Under the pieces are notes generated by a model. The model was given only the letters and a program-made list of their open reading frames with translations. It was not told the origin of the DNA and made no database searches. A program made the position numbers and the translations under genes. Shown here in pieces: positions 8,315-19,487 of a stretch of DNA of 24,000 nucleotides. The stretch spans positions 7,129 to 31,128 of the forward strand of contig CAUSOO010000018.1 of NCBI GenBank assembly GCA_963533245.1, given 5' to 3'. Every line of letters begins with the position of its first letter. The first letter of the stretch is position 1. The stretch is from an uncultured Neisseria sp. (GTDB taxonomy: Bacteria; Pseudomonadota; Gammaproteobacteria; Burkholderiales; Neisseriaceae).

Positions 8315-8728
8315 CTTTTTTCTATTCAAAGAATCTGCAATCTGCTGAGCATATCGCTGGGGATTCTTAACAACATCCTTTCCCCAAAATCGAAAGACTT
8401 CCCAGCCCTCGGCTTTCAGACGGTCTGTTACTTCTATATCCCGTCGGATATTGCGTTCTATCTTAGCAATCCAAAATTCGCGGTTGCCCTTTATTTCCGC
8501 TTTTCTCTGTTCCCAATCCTTGCCGTGCCAAAACTCGCCATCGACAAATACGGCAACTTTGTATTTTTTAAATGAAAAATCAGGCTTCCCAAAAATGCTT
8601 CCGCTATTTTTCCGATACCTGAGCCCCAAAGCCCACATCGCTTTTGCCAACACAAGCTCGGGTTTCGTCCCTGTGCTTTTGTTGGACTGCATACATTTTT
8701 TGCGCTGTTCGGGGGTCAATTTATCCAT
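8309..8728 (-). CDS. vsr: Very-short-patch repair (Vsr-type) T:G mismatch endonuclease
   Basis: 139 aa. It aligns with E. coli Vsr as I recall it (TKPE, GKPDF, FVDGEFWHG, REFWIAKIERNIRRD, GWEVFRFW). It converges on the methyltransferase gene and overlaps it by 6 nt. Confidence 0.85.
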   Translation of the reverse strand: MDKLTPEQRKKCMQSNKSTGTKPELVLAKAMWALGLRYRKNSGSIFGKPDFSFKKYKVAVFVDGEFWHGKDWEQRKAEIKGNREFWIAKIERNIRRDIEVTDRLKAEGWEVFRFWGKDVVKNPQRYAQQIADSLNRKKL

Positions 8729-8730
8729 TA

Positions 8731-8742
8731 GAGTCGTCTGAA
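8731..8742 (+). repeat. DUS variant (GAGTCGTCTGAA) filling most of the 16-nt pheS-vsr spacer
   Basis: Read directly between the pheS stop (8745-8747) and the vsr start (8726-8728). Confidence 0.7.
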
Positions 8743-8744
8743 AA

Positions 8745-9740
<996 letters not shown>

Positions 9741-9940
9741 TTATCGTCTGTCGGTTGATGATGGGTCGTCTGAAACAATGAGGCCGCCTGTATGGTTTGG
9801 TATTGCCAAACTTTTCAGACGACCTTTTATCGTTTACGGCCAATCCGTTTGATAGAATCGGCGTATTTTAGCGCAAATCAATTCAAAAAAATAGACTTTA
9901 AAGAAAGAAAATCAATCACATAGACTTTATTCAAACAAAG

Positions 9941-9967
9941 AAAAAAGGAAGCCGTAGCTTCCTTTTT
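9941..9967 (-). terminator. Rho-independent terminator after rplT
   Basis: Stem GGAAGC/GCTTCC with a CGTA loop, flanked by A and T runs, 14 nt downstream of the rplT stop. Confidence 0.6.
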
Positions 9968-9980
9968 AAATTTTTTTGGA

Positions 9981-10340
9981 TTAAGCAGCCAAAGCAGCTT
10001 TGGCTTTCTCAACCAATTGTGCAAAAGCGGCTTTATCGAACACAGCCAGATCAGCCAATACTTTGCGGTCGATTTCGATAGAGGCGCGTTTCAGACCGTT
10101 CATAAATTTGCTGTAAGACAGACCGTTTTCACGGGCACCTGCATTGATACGGACAATCCACAATTGACGGAATTGGCGTTTGCGTTGACGACGGTCACGG
10201 TATGCGTATTGACCGGCTTTCATTACCGCTTGTTTGGCAACGCGGTATACGTTTTTACGACGACCACGATAGCCTTTGGCTAACGCGAAGATTTTTTGGT
10301 GACGGGCACGAGCGGTTACACCGCGTTTTACGCGTGGCAT
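9981..10340 (-). CDS. rplT: 50S ribosomal protein L20
   Basis: 119 aa starting [17 protein letters not shown], the typical L20 N-terminus. Confidence 0.97.
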   Translation of the reverse strand: MPRVKRGVTARARHQKIFALAKGYRGRRKNVYRVAKQAVMKAGQYAYRDRRQRKRQFRQLWIVRINAGARENGLSYSKFMNGLKRASIEIDRKVLADLAVFDKAAFAQLVEKAKAALAA

Positions 10341-10352
10341 ATTCTAAACTCC

Positions 10353-10550
10353 TTAAGCGTAGGGTAACATTTTAGCAACAGAAGCCAAATCGCGATCGTT
10401 TACCATAGAGGTGCCGCGCAGTTGGCGTTTGTTTTTAGTGGTCTTTTTAGTCAAGATGTGGCGTTTGAACGCATGAGCGCGTTTTACACCGCCGTTACCC
10501 AGTACTTTGAAGCGTTTTTTCGCGCTAGACTTGGTTTTCATTTTAGGCAT
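10353..10550 (-). CDS. rpmI: 50S ribosomal protein L35
   Basis: [16 protein letters not shown] is the typical L35 N-terminus. The ATG is at 10548-10550 with GGAG upstream. The 97-aa track ORF is an upstream over-extension. Confidence 0.93.
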
Positions 10551-10651
10551 GGGAAAACTCCATTCGTTATTAGATAAGGCATCAGGGGGTTTTAAAACAT
10601 TGGTTTCAAACACTTGAACCCAAAATGCCACGGTTTTTGCCGCCAATCAAA

Positions 10652-10683
10652 AGCTTACTCCGAAGCGGCAATCGGAGTAAGCT
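10652..10683 (-). promoter_or_regulatory. 12-bp perfect hairpin in the infC-rpmI leader. It may be an attenuator or part of an L20 operator.
   Basis: AGCTTACTCCGA (10652-10663) is the reverse complement of TCGGAGTAAGCT (10672-10683). On the transcribed strand it is followed by TTTGATT. Confidence 0.4.
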
Positions 10684-10696
10684 GAAAATTATAACT

Positions 10697-11215
10697 TTAT
10701 TTTTTCTTCGGTGCAATCATCATCACCATTTGACGGCCTTCCATTTTAGGGAAGGATTCGATTTGAGCCACTTCCGCCAAATCTTCTTTCACGCGCTCTA
10801 AAAGTTGCGCCCCGAGTTGCTGGTGAGCCATTTCACGTCCGCGGAAACGGAGCGTTACTTTGACTTTATCGCCGTCAGCCAAGAAGCGGTTGATGTTGCG
10901 CATTTTGATTTGATAATCGCCTTCATCGGTACCCGGACGGAATTTGATTTCCTTAATTTGTACCTGCTTCTGGTTTTTCTTGGCTTCGTCGCGTTTCTTG
11001 GCTTGTTGGTATTTATATTTACCGTAATCCATCAGTTTGCATACGGGTGGTTTGGCAGTAGGGGAAATCTCTACCAAATCCACATCCTGCTCTTCGGCCA
11101 TAGCCAAAGCTTCACGAACCGACACAACACCAAGCTGTTCGCCTGACTCACTGATTAAACGCACTTCTTTGGCGGTAATTTCGCCATTGATTCGTGCTTC
11201 GCGTTCTTGAGCGAT
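10697..11215 (-). CDS. infC: Translation initiation factor IF-3, non-AUG (ATC) start
   Basis: The frame stays open upstream of the GTG given by the track and encodes (I)[23 protein letters not shown], a normal IF-3 N-terminus. AGGAG lies 5 nt and 8 nt before two tandem ATC codons (11216-11218 and 11213-11215). There is no in-frame ATG. Confidence 0.85.
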   Translation of the reverse strand: MAQEREARINGEITAKEVRLISESGEQLGVVSVREALAMAEEQDVDLVEISPTAKPPVCKLMDYGKYKYQQAKKRDEAKKNQKQVQIKEIKFRPGTDEGDYQIKMRNINRFLADGDKVKVTLRFRGREMAHQQLGAQLLERVKEDLAEVAQIESFPKMEGRQMVMMIAPKKK

Positions 11216-11235
11216 GATGAATACTCCTATAAAAA

Positions 11236-13149
11236 TTAATGGTTGACGAGGGCATCTGCGATTTCTTGTTGCAGTTGTGCAATGAAATCATCCAAATCTA
11301 AAGAACCCAGGTCTTCTGCTTTGCGGCGCACGGCCACTTTGTTTTCTTGCTTCTCTTTATCGCCGACAACGATTTGATAAGGGAAGCGGTATTGGCTGTT
11401 GTCACGGATTTTGTAACCGATTTTTTCGTTACGCAAATCCAGCTCTACACGGAAGCCTGCGGTTTGCAATTTGGCAGCCACTTCACGGCAGTAATCCGCT
11501 TGATTTTCGGTGATATTCATAATCACCATTTGAACCGGCGCCAACCATAGCGGGAAAGAACCTGCATGGTTTTCAATCAAAATACCGATAAATCGTTCCA
11601 AAGAACCCAAAATGGCGCGGTGCAACATTACTGGACGGGCGCGGTCATTGTTTTCGGTTACATATTCTGCATCCAAGCGTTCCGGTAACACAAAGTCCAG
11701 TTGCAGCGTACCACACTGCCAAGAACGTCCCAATGCGTCTTTAACGTGATATTCGATTTTAGGTCCGTAGAACGCGCCTTCCCCCGGCAACTCGTCCCAT
11801 TCCACACAGCAAGCAGTTAATGCTTCGCGCAAACCTTGTTCTGCCTTATCCCATACGTCGTCTGAACCGGCACGCTTCTCAGGACGCAGCGAAAGTTTGA
11901 CGGATACATCATGGAAACCGAATTGCTTGTAAATACGAACCAGCAATTCATTGAATGCCCGCGCTTCGCTGACGATTTGATCTTCGGTACAGAAAATATG
12001 CGCATCGTCTTGTACAAAACCGCGGACACGCATCAGTCCATGTAATGCACCGCTCGGCTCGTTGCGATGGCAAGAACCAAATTCTGCTAAACGCATTGGC
12101 AAATCGCGGTACGAGCGCAGACCGTTATTGAAAATCTGAACATGCCCCGGGCAGTTCATCGGTTTAACCGCGTATTCGCGCTTTTCCGAACTGGTTACGA
12201 ACATATTGTCTTTGTAGTTATCCCAGTGACCGGATTTTTCCCAAAAGGTTTTATCCATGATTTGGGGGGTTTTGACTTCTTTGTAACCGGCGGCATTCAG
12301 CTCTTTACGCATATGCTGCTCGATAGTCTGCCACAAAGCCCAACCTTTGGGATGCCAAAACACCATACCCGGCGCTTCGTCCTGCAAGTGGAACAAATCC
12401 AGTTGCTTGCCCAATTTGCGGTGGTCGCGTTTTTCTGCTTCTTCAATACGCTGGATATAGGCTTTTAATTCATCTTTCGTCGCCCAAGCAGTGCCGTAAA
12501 TACGTTGCAGCATTTCATTATTGCTGTCGCCGCGCCAGTATGCACCTGCCAGCTTGGTCAGCTTGAAGTTTTTCAAGAAGCGGGTGTTCGGAACGTGCGG
12601 ACCACGACACATATCGACATATTCCTGATGATGATACATACCCATTGCTTCAACTTCGGGCATATCTTCAATCAGGCGCAGCTTGTATTCTTCGCCGCGA
12701 TTTTGGAAAATTTTGATGGTTTCGGCGCGCGGAGTCATGATTTTGATTACATCATAATCTTGTGCAATCAATTCTTTCATACGCGCTTCGATGGCAGCAA
12801 CATCTTCAGGCGTAAACGGTTTTTCAGTTGCAATATCGTAATAAAAGCCCTCTTCAATGACGGGGCCGATAACCATTTTTGCGTTGGGATAGAGCTGCTT
12901 GACTGCGTGACCGACAAGGTGGGCGCAAGAGTGGCGGATGATTTCAACGCCTTCTTGGTCTTTCGGGGTAATGATTTGGACGGTTGAATCTTCGGTAATC
13001 GGATCGCACGCATCGACCAATTTGCCGTTTACCTTACCCGCCACCGTCGCCTTCGCCAAACCTGCTCCGATAGACGCGGCAATCTGTGCCACGGTAACGG
13101 GCGATTCGTATTGGCGGACTGAGCCGTCCGGCAAGGTAATGTTCAACAT
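11236..13149 (-). CDS. thrS: Threonine--tRNA ligase
   Basis: 637 aa with TGS, second additional and class II catalytic domains ([10 protein letters not shown]..., [22 protein letters not shown]). The ATG is at 13147-13149 with GGAG 8 nt upstream. The track start at 13152 is a TTG one codon earlier. Confidence 0.96.
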   Translation of the reverse strand: MLNITLPDGSVRQYESPVTVAQIAASIGAGLAKATVAGKVNGKLVDACDPITEDSTVQIITPKDQEGVEIIRHSCAHLVGHAVKQLYPNAKMVIGPVIEEGFYYDIATEKPFTPEDVAAIEARMKELIAQDYDVIKIMTPRAETIKIFQNRGEEYKLRLIEDMPEVEAMGMYHHQEYVDMCRGPHVPNTRFLKNFKLTKLAGAYWRGDSNNEMLQRIYGTAWATKDELKAYIQRIEEAEKRDHRKLGKQLDLFHLQDEAPGMVFWHPKGWALWQTIEQHMRKELNAAGYKEVKTPQIMDKTFWEKSGHWDNYKDNMFVTSSEKREYAVKPMNCPGHVQIFNNGLRSYRDLPMRLAEFGSCHRNEPSGALHGLMRVRGFVQDDAHIFCTEDQIVSEARAFNELLVRIYKQFGFHDVSVKLSLRPEKRAGSDDVWDKAEQGLREALTACCVEWDELPGEGAFYGPKIEYHVKDALGRSWQCGTLQLDFVLPERLDAEYVTENNDRARPVMLHRAILGSLERFIGILIENHAGSFPLWLAPVQMVIMNITENQADYCREVAAKLQTAGFRVELDLRNEKIGYKIRDNSQYRFPYQIVVGDKEKQENKVAVRRKAEDLGSLDLDDFIAQLQQEIADALVNH

Positions 13150-13176
13150 CAAAAAAGCTCCAAAACATTAAAAAAT

Positions 13177-13194
13177 AACGGCATAAATGCCGTT
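13177..13194 (-). terminator. Terminator-like hairpin between tRNA-Val and thrS
   Basis: On the minus strand: AACGGCA-TTTA-TGCCGTT followed by ATTTTTTAATGTTTT. It ends about 25 nt before the thrS RBS. Confidence 0.45.
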
Positions 13195-13203
13195 TGGGAA
13201 ATT

Positions 13204-13280
13204 TGGTAGGCACGATTGGATTCGAACCAACGACCCCCACCATGTCAAGGTGGTGCTCTAACCAACTGAGCTACGTGCCT
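13204..13280 (-). tRNA. tRNA-Val (anticodon GAC)
   Basis: 77 nt that fold as a cloverleaf: AGGCACG/CGTGCCT acceptor stem, GCTC..GAGC D arm, CCACC-TTGACAT-GGTGG anticodon arm, GTTGG-TTCGAAT-CCAAT T arm, and an encoded CCA end. It is close to E. coli tRNA-Val(GAC) as I recall it. Confidence 0.95.
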
Positions 13281-13412
13281 GTTTAACAGGGTTCGGATTA
13301 TAGACGATACTTTGACGCAATGGCAAGCATGAAAACGAGGTTTCAGACGACATTGTCGGAACATTGTGATTTTTTTGAAACATTTTCAACAGTGAACATC
13401 TCGATACGAATA

Positions 13413-13424
13413 AGGTCGTCTGAA
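13413..13424 (+). repeat. DUS (AGGTCGTCTGAA). An opposite-orientation 10-mer core lies at 13342..13351.
   Basis: Exact 12-mer in the tRNA-Val/tgt intergenic region. Confidence 0.9.
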
Positions 13425-13526
13425 ATATTCAAACACCGCTATTGCGATGAAAATCCTTTATAATCGCGTTTTTACCTCAATCGTTTGACTGCACGGCGGC
13501 TTCGCACGCCGTTTTCTACATTATAG

Positions 13527-14651
<1,125 letters not shown>

Positions 14652-14670
14652 GATTGAACCATGCTTATCG

Positions 14671-14720
14671 AGGTCGTCTGAAAACGTTATATTCAAGCAA
14701 ACACCGTTTTCAGACGACCT
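14671..14720 (+). terminator. Inverted DUS pair hairpin after tgt (16-bp stem)
   Basis: AGGTCGTCTGAAAACG (14671-14686) is the reverse complement of CGTTTTCAGACGACCT (14705-14720). The following T-tract is weak. Confidence 0.5.
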
Positions 14721-14723
14721 TGC

Positions 14724-14732
14724 TGTTATAAT
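14724..14732 (+). promoter_or_regulatory. Candidate extended -10 promoter element (TGTTATAAT) for prmB
   Basis: TATAAT at 14727-14732 is preceded by TGT, about 35 nt upstream of the prmB ATG. I see no convincing -35 element. Confidence 0.3.
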
Positions 14733-14766
14733 GCAAACATTAATTTACATTATTTGAGAGTGCGAT

Positions 14767-15666
14767 ATGTTTACCCAAGCAGCCCAAGAATTGACCACCG
14801 TCCGCGATATCCTGCGTTTCGCCGTCAGCCGTTTCAACGATGCCGGTTTGTTTTTCGGGCACGGCTCGGACAACGCGCACGATGAAGCCGCCTACCTCAT
14901 CCTGCACACCCTCAACCTACCGCTGGACACGCTGGAGCCCTACCTCGATGCCAAGCTGCTGCAAAGCGAGAAAGAAGAAGTGTTGTCAGTACTGGAACGT
15001 CGTGCAGTCGAACACATCCCCGCAGCCTACCTCACCCATCAGGCATGGCAAGGCGATTTCGATTTTTATGTTGACGAACGCGTCATCGTACCGCGTTCGT
15101 TTATTTACGAACTGCTCGGCGACAACCTTACACCTTGGATAGAACACCCCGAATTGGTTCACCGCGCATTGGATTTGTGTACCGGCAGCGGCTGCCTCGC
15201 CATTCAAATGGCACACCACTACCCCGCCGCTGAAATTGACGCCGTCGATTTGAGCTTGGATGCGCTGGAAGTAGCCGCCATCAACATCGAAGATTATGGA
15301 TTGGAAGAGCGCATCAACCTGATCCACACCGATTTGTTCGAAGGTTTGGAAGGCACATACGACCTGATTGTTTCCAACCCGCCCTATGTCGATGCCGAAT
15401 CGGTCGATATGCTGCCCGACGAGTACCTGCACGAACCCGAACTCGCCTTGGGTAGCGGCGAAGACGGCTTGGACGCCACCCGCCAAATCCTGCTGCACGC
15501 AGCCAAATACCTCAATCCCAAAGGCGTATTGCTGGTCGAAATCGGACACAACCGCGACGTATTGGAAGCCGCCTATCCCGAGCTGCCGTTCACTTGGCTG
15601 GAAACCAGCGGCGGCGACGGATTCGTATTCTTGCTGACCCGAGAGCAATTGCTGGGATTGGAATAA
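14767..15666 (+). CDS. prmB: 50S ribosomal protein L3 N5-glutamine methyltransferase
   Basis: It aligns with E. coli PrmB as I recall it (GHGTDN-like GHGSDNAHDEA, FYVDERVIVPRS, DLCTGSGC, NPPYV, HEPELALGSGEDGL, PFTWLE). Confidence 0.9.
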   Translation: MFTQAAQELTTVRDILRFAVSRFNDAGLFFGHGSDNAHDEAAYLILHTLNLPLDTLEPYLDAKLLQSEKEEVLSVLERRAVEHIPAAYLTHQAWQGDFDFYVDERVIVPRSFIYELLGDNLTPWIEHPELVHRALDLCTGSGCLAIQMAHHYPAAEIDAVDLSLDALEVAAINIEDYGLEERINLIHTDLFEGLEGTYDLIVSNPPYVDAESVDMLPDEYLHEPELALGSGEDGLDATRQILLHAAKYLNPKGVLLVEIGHNRDVLEAAYPELPFTWLETSGGDGFVFLLTREQLLGLE

Positions 15667-15682
15667 TCCCTTGCTGATTTTG

Positions 15683-15723
15683 ATACGGCCGAAAATCTTC
15701 TGCATATAGGTTTTCGGCCGTAT
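15683..15723 (+). terminator. Hairpin terminator after prmB (13-bp perfect stem)
   Basis: ATACGGCCGAAAA (15683-15695) pairs with TTTTCGGCCGTAT (15711-15723), followed by TTTTC. Confidence 0.55.
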
Positions 15724-15786
15724 TTTCATGATTGTGCTCGCCCCAAACCATTATTATTAACGTTGAACATATCCGTTTAATCTGTT

Positions 15787-15798
15787 TTCAGACGACCT
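15787..15798 (-). repeat. DUS (AGGTCGTCTGAA on the minus strand)
   Basis: Exact TTCAGACGACCT. Confidence 0.9.
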
Positions 15799-16016
15799 CC
15801 CTACACACAAAATCAATATTCCAATCGGAACCATTTCTTATATTTATTGTCTGTATTTAAATAAGCATTCATAAAAATATTATATTTAACCCGCATGACC
15901 TGATGGATTATAATGACGAATAACAGCCGGAATATGCTTTATTCAAATATTATCGACTTGACGACTCAACTAAATACCTATTATTTACATCTCCGCCACA
16001 TCGGAACAATCAGACA

Positions 16017-16754
16017 ATGAACCACTTTTGGACAAACAGCCTGACCGCCTGCATCCTGCTTGGCGCGTCGCTTCAAGCTTCGGCACAAACCCACTCCGTT
16101 TATTTCAATCAAAACGGCAAAATTACCGCCACAATGTCATCGGTAGCTTACGTCCGCCAATACACCGTCGAATCCGGCGTAGCGCAAGTGCAGGACTTTT
16201 ACTATCCGTCCATGAAAAAATATTCCGACCCGTATGAAATACCGGCGGCACAGATCAAAACCTTCGTTCCCGTCCTCAACAACGGTACTTTGACACTCTG
16301 GCATTTCAACGGGCAAAAGAAAATGATCGGCAGCTACCGCAACGGCAAGCCGAACGGCGAATGGACCAACTGGTACCCCAACGGTAAAAAATCGGCGGTC
16401 ATGCCCTATCTGAACGGCTTGAGTGAAGGCGTCGGCTCACGCTATTACCGCAACGGCACGAAAGAAAGCGAAATCCAGTTCAAACACGACAAGGCAAACG
16501 GCTACTGGAAGCAATGGTATCCCAACGGCAGCCCGAAAACCGAAATGACCATGGTCAACGACAAACCGACCGAAATCATGAGTTGGGACGAAAACGGCCG
16601 CGCCCTTTCTGAAATTACCATTACCAACGGCAAACGCAACGGCGTTGTCTTGGAATGGTATGACGACGGAGCCAAAAAGTCCGAAACGGTTTACGCCAAC
16701 GACCAAATAGTGAAAAAGACAAATTGGGACAAAGAAGGTTACGTTATTGAATAA
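16017..16754 (+). CDS. Secreted protein with MORN-variant repeats (YwqK family-like)
   Basis: It has a signal peptide ending LQASA-QT. It also has four or more repeats of the G-x-x-N/E-G-x-W-x-x-WY-x-NG-x-K type (GKPNGEWTNWYPNGKK, DKANGYWKQWYPNGSPK, GKRNGVVLEWYDDGAKK). Confidence 0.7.
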   Translation: MNHFWTNSLTACILLGASLQASAQTHSVYFNQNGKITATMSSVAYVRQYTVESGVAQVQDFYYPSMKKYSDPYEIPAAQIKTFVPVLNNGTLTLWHFNGQKKMIGSYRNGKPNGEWTNWYPNGKKSAVMPYLNGLSEGVGSRYYRNGTKESEIQFKHDKANGYWKQWYPNGSPKTEMTMVNDKPTEIMSWDENGRALSEITITNGKRNGVVLEWYDDGAKKSETVYANDQIVKKTNWDKEGYVIE

Positions 16755-16760
16755 CAGAAA

Positions 16761-16788
16761 AGGGAAACGATATGTTTCCTTTTTTTGT
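16761..16788 (+). terminator. Rho-independent terminator after the MORN-repeat gene
   Basis: GGAAAC-GATAT-GTTTCC followed by TTTTTTTG. Confidence 0.6.
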
Positions 16789-16960
16789 TTAAAACATCAC
16801 TACCCCCTACCAAATCATGCCGGCCTGACAGAGGTCATCTGAAACCTGCCGTCCCTAATGTCATAGAATTTACATTTAAATATCAACCGCTCCCCTTGTT
16901 CCTTTACAGATTTCGTTTAAAATACAACCCAAACAACAACTATTCAAATTACATAAAACT

Positions 16961-17491
16961 ATGCGCTATTACGGTACGATTACACGCTGGAATGACAACC
17001 GCCAATTTGGAGCCATCCGCGAAGAAAGCATGGGTACAGAAGTGTTCGCCCCGCTTTCCGCCTTTACCACACTGACACGTCCGCCTGCCGAAGGCCAACG
17101 CGTCTCATTCGACATCGTCAAAGGCAGACGCGGACGCGACGAAGCCGAAAATATCTGCTTCTCCCTTGACTGTGTCGATGAATTCGACTTTTTCGACACC
17201 GAACCCGAACCGTATAAAAAAACCTTTTCCAAGCTCTTGCTGATTATCCCCATCATCGCCCTGCTTGCCACCGGCGGATGGTTTGGCTGGGATTACTGGC
17301 AGAAATACCAGCAACAGGCGCAAGCGGCAGCGGCCGCACCGCCGAAGACGATGGTGGAAGAAGTTGCAGCCAAAATAAAAGCCGAACGCGAAGAGTGGTT
17401 GGATGCGGTAAACAGCCGCAAAACTCAAAAACAAACAAAACCCGACAACGGCAAAGCTGCCCACAACAGCTCCTCCAAAGAAGCAAAATAA
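16961..17491 (+). CDS. Membrane-anchored protein with an N-terminal domain resembling a cold-shock domain
   Basis: GTITRWNDNRQFGAIREE...VFAPLSAF...GQRVSFDIVKG resembles an OB-fold cold-shock domain. One hydrophobic helix follows (LLLIIPIIALLATGGWFGW), then a low-complexity tail rich in Lys, Ala and Gln. Confidence 0.6.
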   Translation: MRYYGTITRWNDNRQFGAIREESMGTEVFAPLSAFTTLTRPPAEGQRVSFDIVKGRRGRDEAENICFSLDCVDEFDFFDTEPEPYKKTFSKLLLIIPIIALLATGGWFGWDYWQKYQQQAQAAAAAPPKTMVEEVAAKIKAEREEWLDAVNSRKTQKQTKPDNGKAAHNSSSKEAK

Positions 17492-17534
17492 TGGCTGCGT
17501 AGCAATCAAAACCGAGCAGAACCAACTTCATGAA

Positions 17535-17579
17535 AAAGGTCGTCTGAAAACCCAAATCCAAGGTTTTCAGACGACCTTT
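17535..17579 (+). terminator. Inverted DUS pair terminator
   Basis: AAAGGTCGTCTGAAAACC ... GGTTTTCAGACGACCTTT. The DUS copies are at 17537..17548 and 17566..17577. Confidence 0.65.
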
Positions 17580-17587
17580 CACCTTAG

Positions 17588-19375
<1,788 letters not shown>

Positions 19376-19392
19376 GGCATTTCCCCATAGCC

Positions 19393-19430
19393 AAGGTCGT
19401 CTGAAAACGGATTTTCAGACGACCTTTTTC
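19393..19430 (+). terminator. Inverted DUS pair rho-independent terminator after argS
   Basis: AAGGTCGTCTGAAAA-CGGA-TTTTCAGACGACCTT followed by TTTTC. Confidence 0.75.
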
Positions 19431-19487
19431 TCTTCTTTGCCCCTTAGGCTATACTGTCGGAAATATTTTCAATTCCGACAATTCTTT

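Noticed and set aside
13034-13243. A 69-aa minus-strand ORF spanning the thrS start and tRNA-Val.
   Set aside because: It overlaps a canonical tRNA gene and the thrS 5' end, so it is an artefact of ORF calling.
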